Shown piece after piece: positions 6,841-7,251 of a DNA stretch of 7,251 nucleotides. The position numbers and the translations under genes were made by a program. Origin of the DNA: a virus (Duplodnaviria; Heunggongvirae; Uroviricota; Caudoviricetes); the IMG/VR virus record IMGVR_UViG_2537562172_000004, positions 1-7,251 of that record; one strand, written 5' to 3'. Positions within the stretch are counted from its first letter, which is position 1. Each line of letters opens with the position of its first letter. The notes under the pieces were generated by a model. The model was not told the origin of the DNA. It worked only from the letters and a program-made list of their open reading frames with translations, and ran no database searches.

Positions 6841-6868
6841 GCCCGCAAAACGCGGGTTTTGTCGTTTT
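6841..6868 (+). terminator. Rho-independent terminator of the rightward operon
   Basis: Stem CCCGC (6842-6846) pairs with GCGGG (6852-6856) around loop AAAAC, followed by TTTTGTCGTTTT. Located 13 nt after the stop of protein C. Confidence 0.75.
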
Positions 6869-6874
6869 CTCAGT

Positions 6875-6895
6875 TCCTTGATAGGATTATTGCAT
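6875..6895. repeat. Right copy of imperfect direct repeat (TCCTTGATAGGATTATTGCAT); candidate att core
   Basis: Partner of 159-178 (18 identities, 2 mismatches, 1 gap by hand). Lies between the operon terminator and the AT-richer downstream gene. Confidence 0.35.
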
Positions 6896-6918
6896 ACTCA
6901 AATGATAGGAATAGGGAT

Positions 6919-7251
6919 ATGAAAAATTTCATTATATTAGCTGTAGGGGCAGCAGTTTCATTTAATGTGTTTGCGGCTGAGGTTGTTTATGTGCCAACAG
7001 ATACGAAGGCTAGTTACACGATTTTAGATAAGACTCGCGACGGCAGCATGGCTACTATAACAACTGAAAGAAAGGGGCCGTCTGGAACATCATATTCAAA
7101 GCGGCTGTACGACTGTACTGCCGGGACAGTTAAATATCTTGGAGACGGTGAGACCATCGAGCAGATGAATAACTCAGCACCAGATCCAAATATGGCCCCT
7201 ATAGTTGACCGCTCAATTGCATACTACATTGGACAAAAAGCCTGCCAGTAA
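6919..7251 (+). CDS. Small secreted (signal-peptide) protein, 110 aa, function unknown
   Basis: ATG 6919 with AGGA at 6907-6910. N-terminus MKNFIILAVGAAVSFNVFA-AEVV has a Lys at position 2, a hydrophobic core and a likely VFA-A cleavage site. Mature part has two Cys (LYDCTAG, QKACQ). Codons look more A/T-rich than the upstream operon by eye. The track's longer form from 6859 would start inside the terminator T-tract. Window ends exactly at its stop. Confidence 0.65.
   Translation: MKNFIILAVGAAVSFNVFAAEVVYVPTDTKASYTILDKTRDGSMATITTERKGPSGTSYSKRLYDCTAGTVKYLGDGETIEQMNNSAPDPNMAPIVDRSIAYYIGQKACQ

Noticed and set aside
6686-6922. Plus-strand 78-aa track ORF spanning the end of protein C and the terminator
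   Set aside because: It reads through the terminator hairpin, and the translation is Arg/Pro-rich junk.
1-7251. CRISPR arrays, rRNA, IS elements
   Set aside because: No regularly spaced direct repeats, no rRNA-like conserved blocks and no transposase-like ORF or terminal inverted repeats were seen.

Overview
This window holds the integrase-proximal end of (or possibly an entire compact) coliphage-186/P2-family temperate element in an enterobacterial-type genome. Reading leftward there is a tyrosine integrase (297-1337) translationally coupled behind a 186-type CI repressor (1339-1920). A ~135-bp switch region (1921-2055), with a consensus -35 TTGACA and a perfect 13-bp palindrome, separates these from a rightward operon: an Apl/Cox-like gene (2056-2277), a CII-like HTH gene (2308-2811) and two small ORFs. 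With no replication, lysis or head/tail genes in between, this runs straight into an orphan lambda-Tfa-like tail-fibre-assembly gene (3306-3893) that is translationally coupled to three uncharacterised genes of 241, 181 and 566 aa (3883-6828), closed by a strong intrinsic terminator (6841-6868). An AT-richer gene for a small signal-peptide protein follows (6919-7251). An imperfect direct repeat (159-178 vs 6875-6895) may mark att sites delimiting a ~6.7 kb element. I saw no rRNA, tRNA or CRISPR. All assignments come from reading the supplied translations and recalling family motifs; no database search or computed statistic was available.
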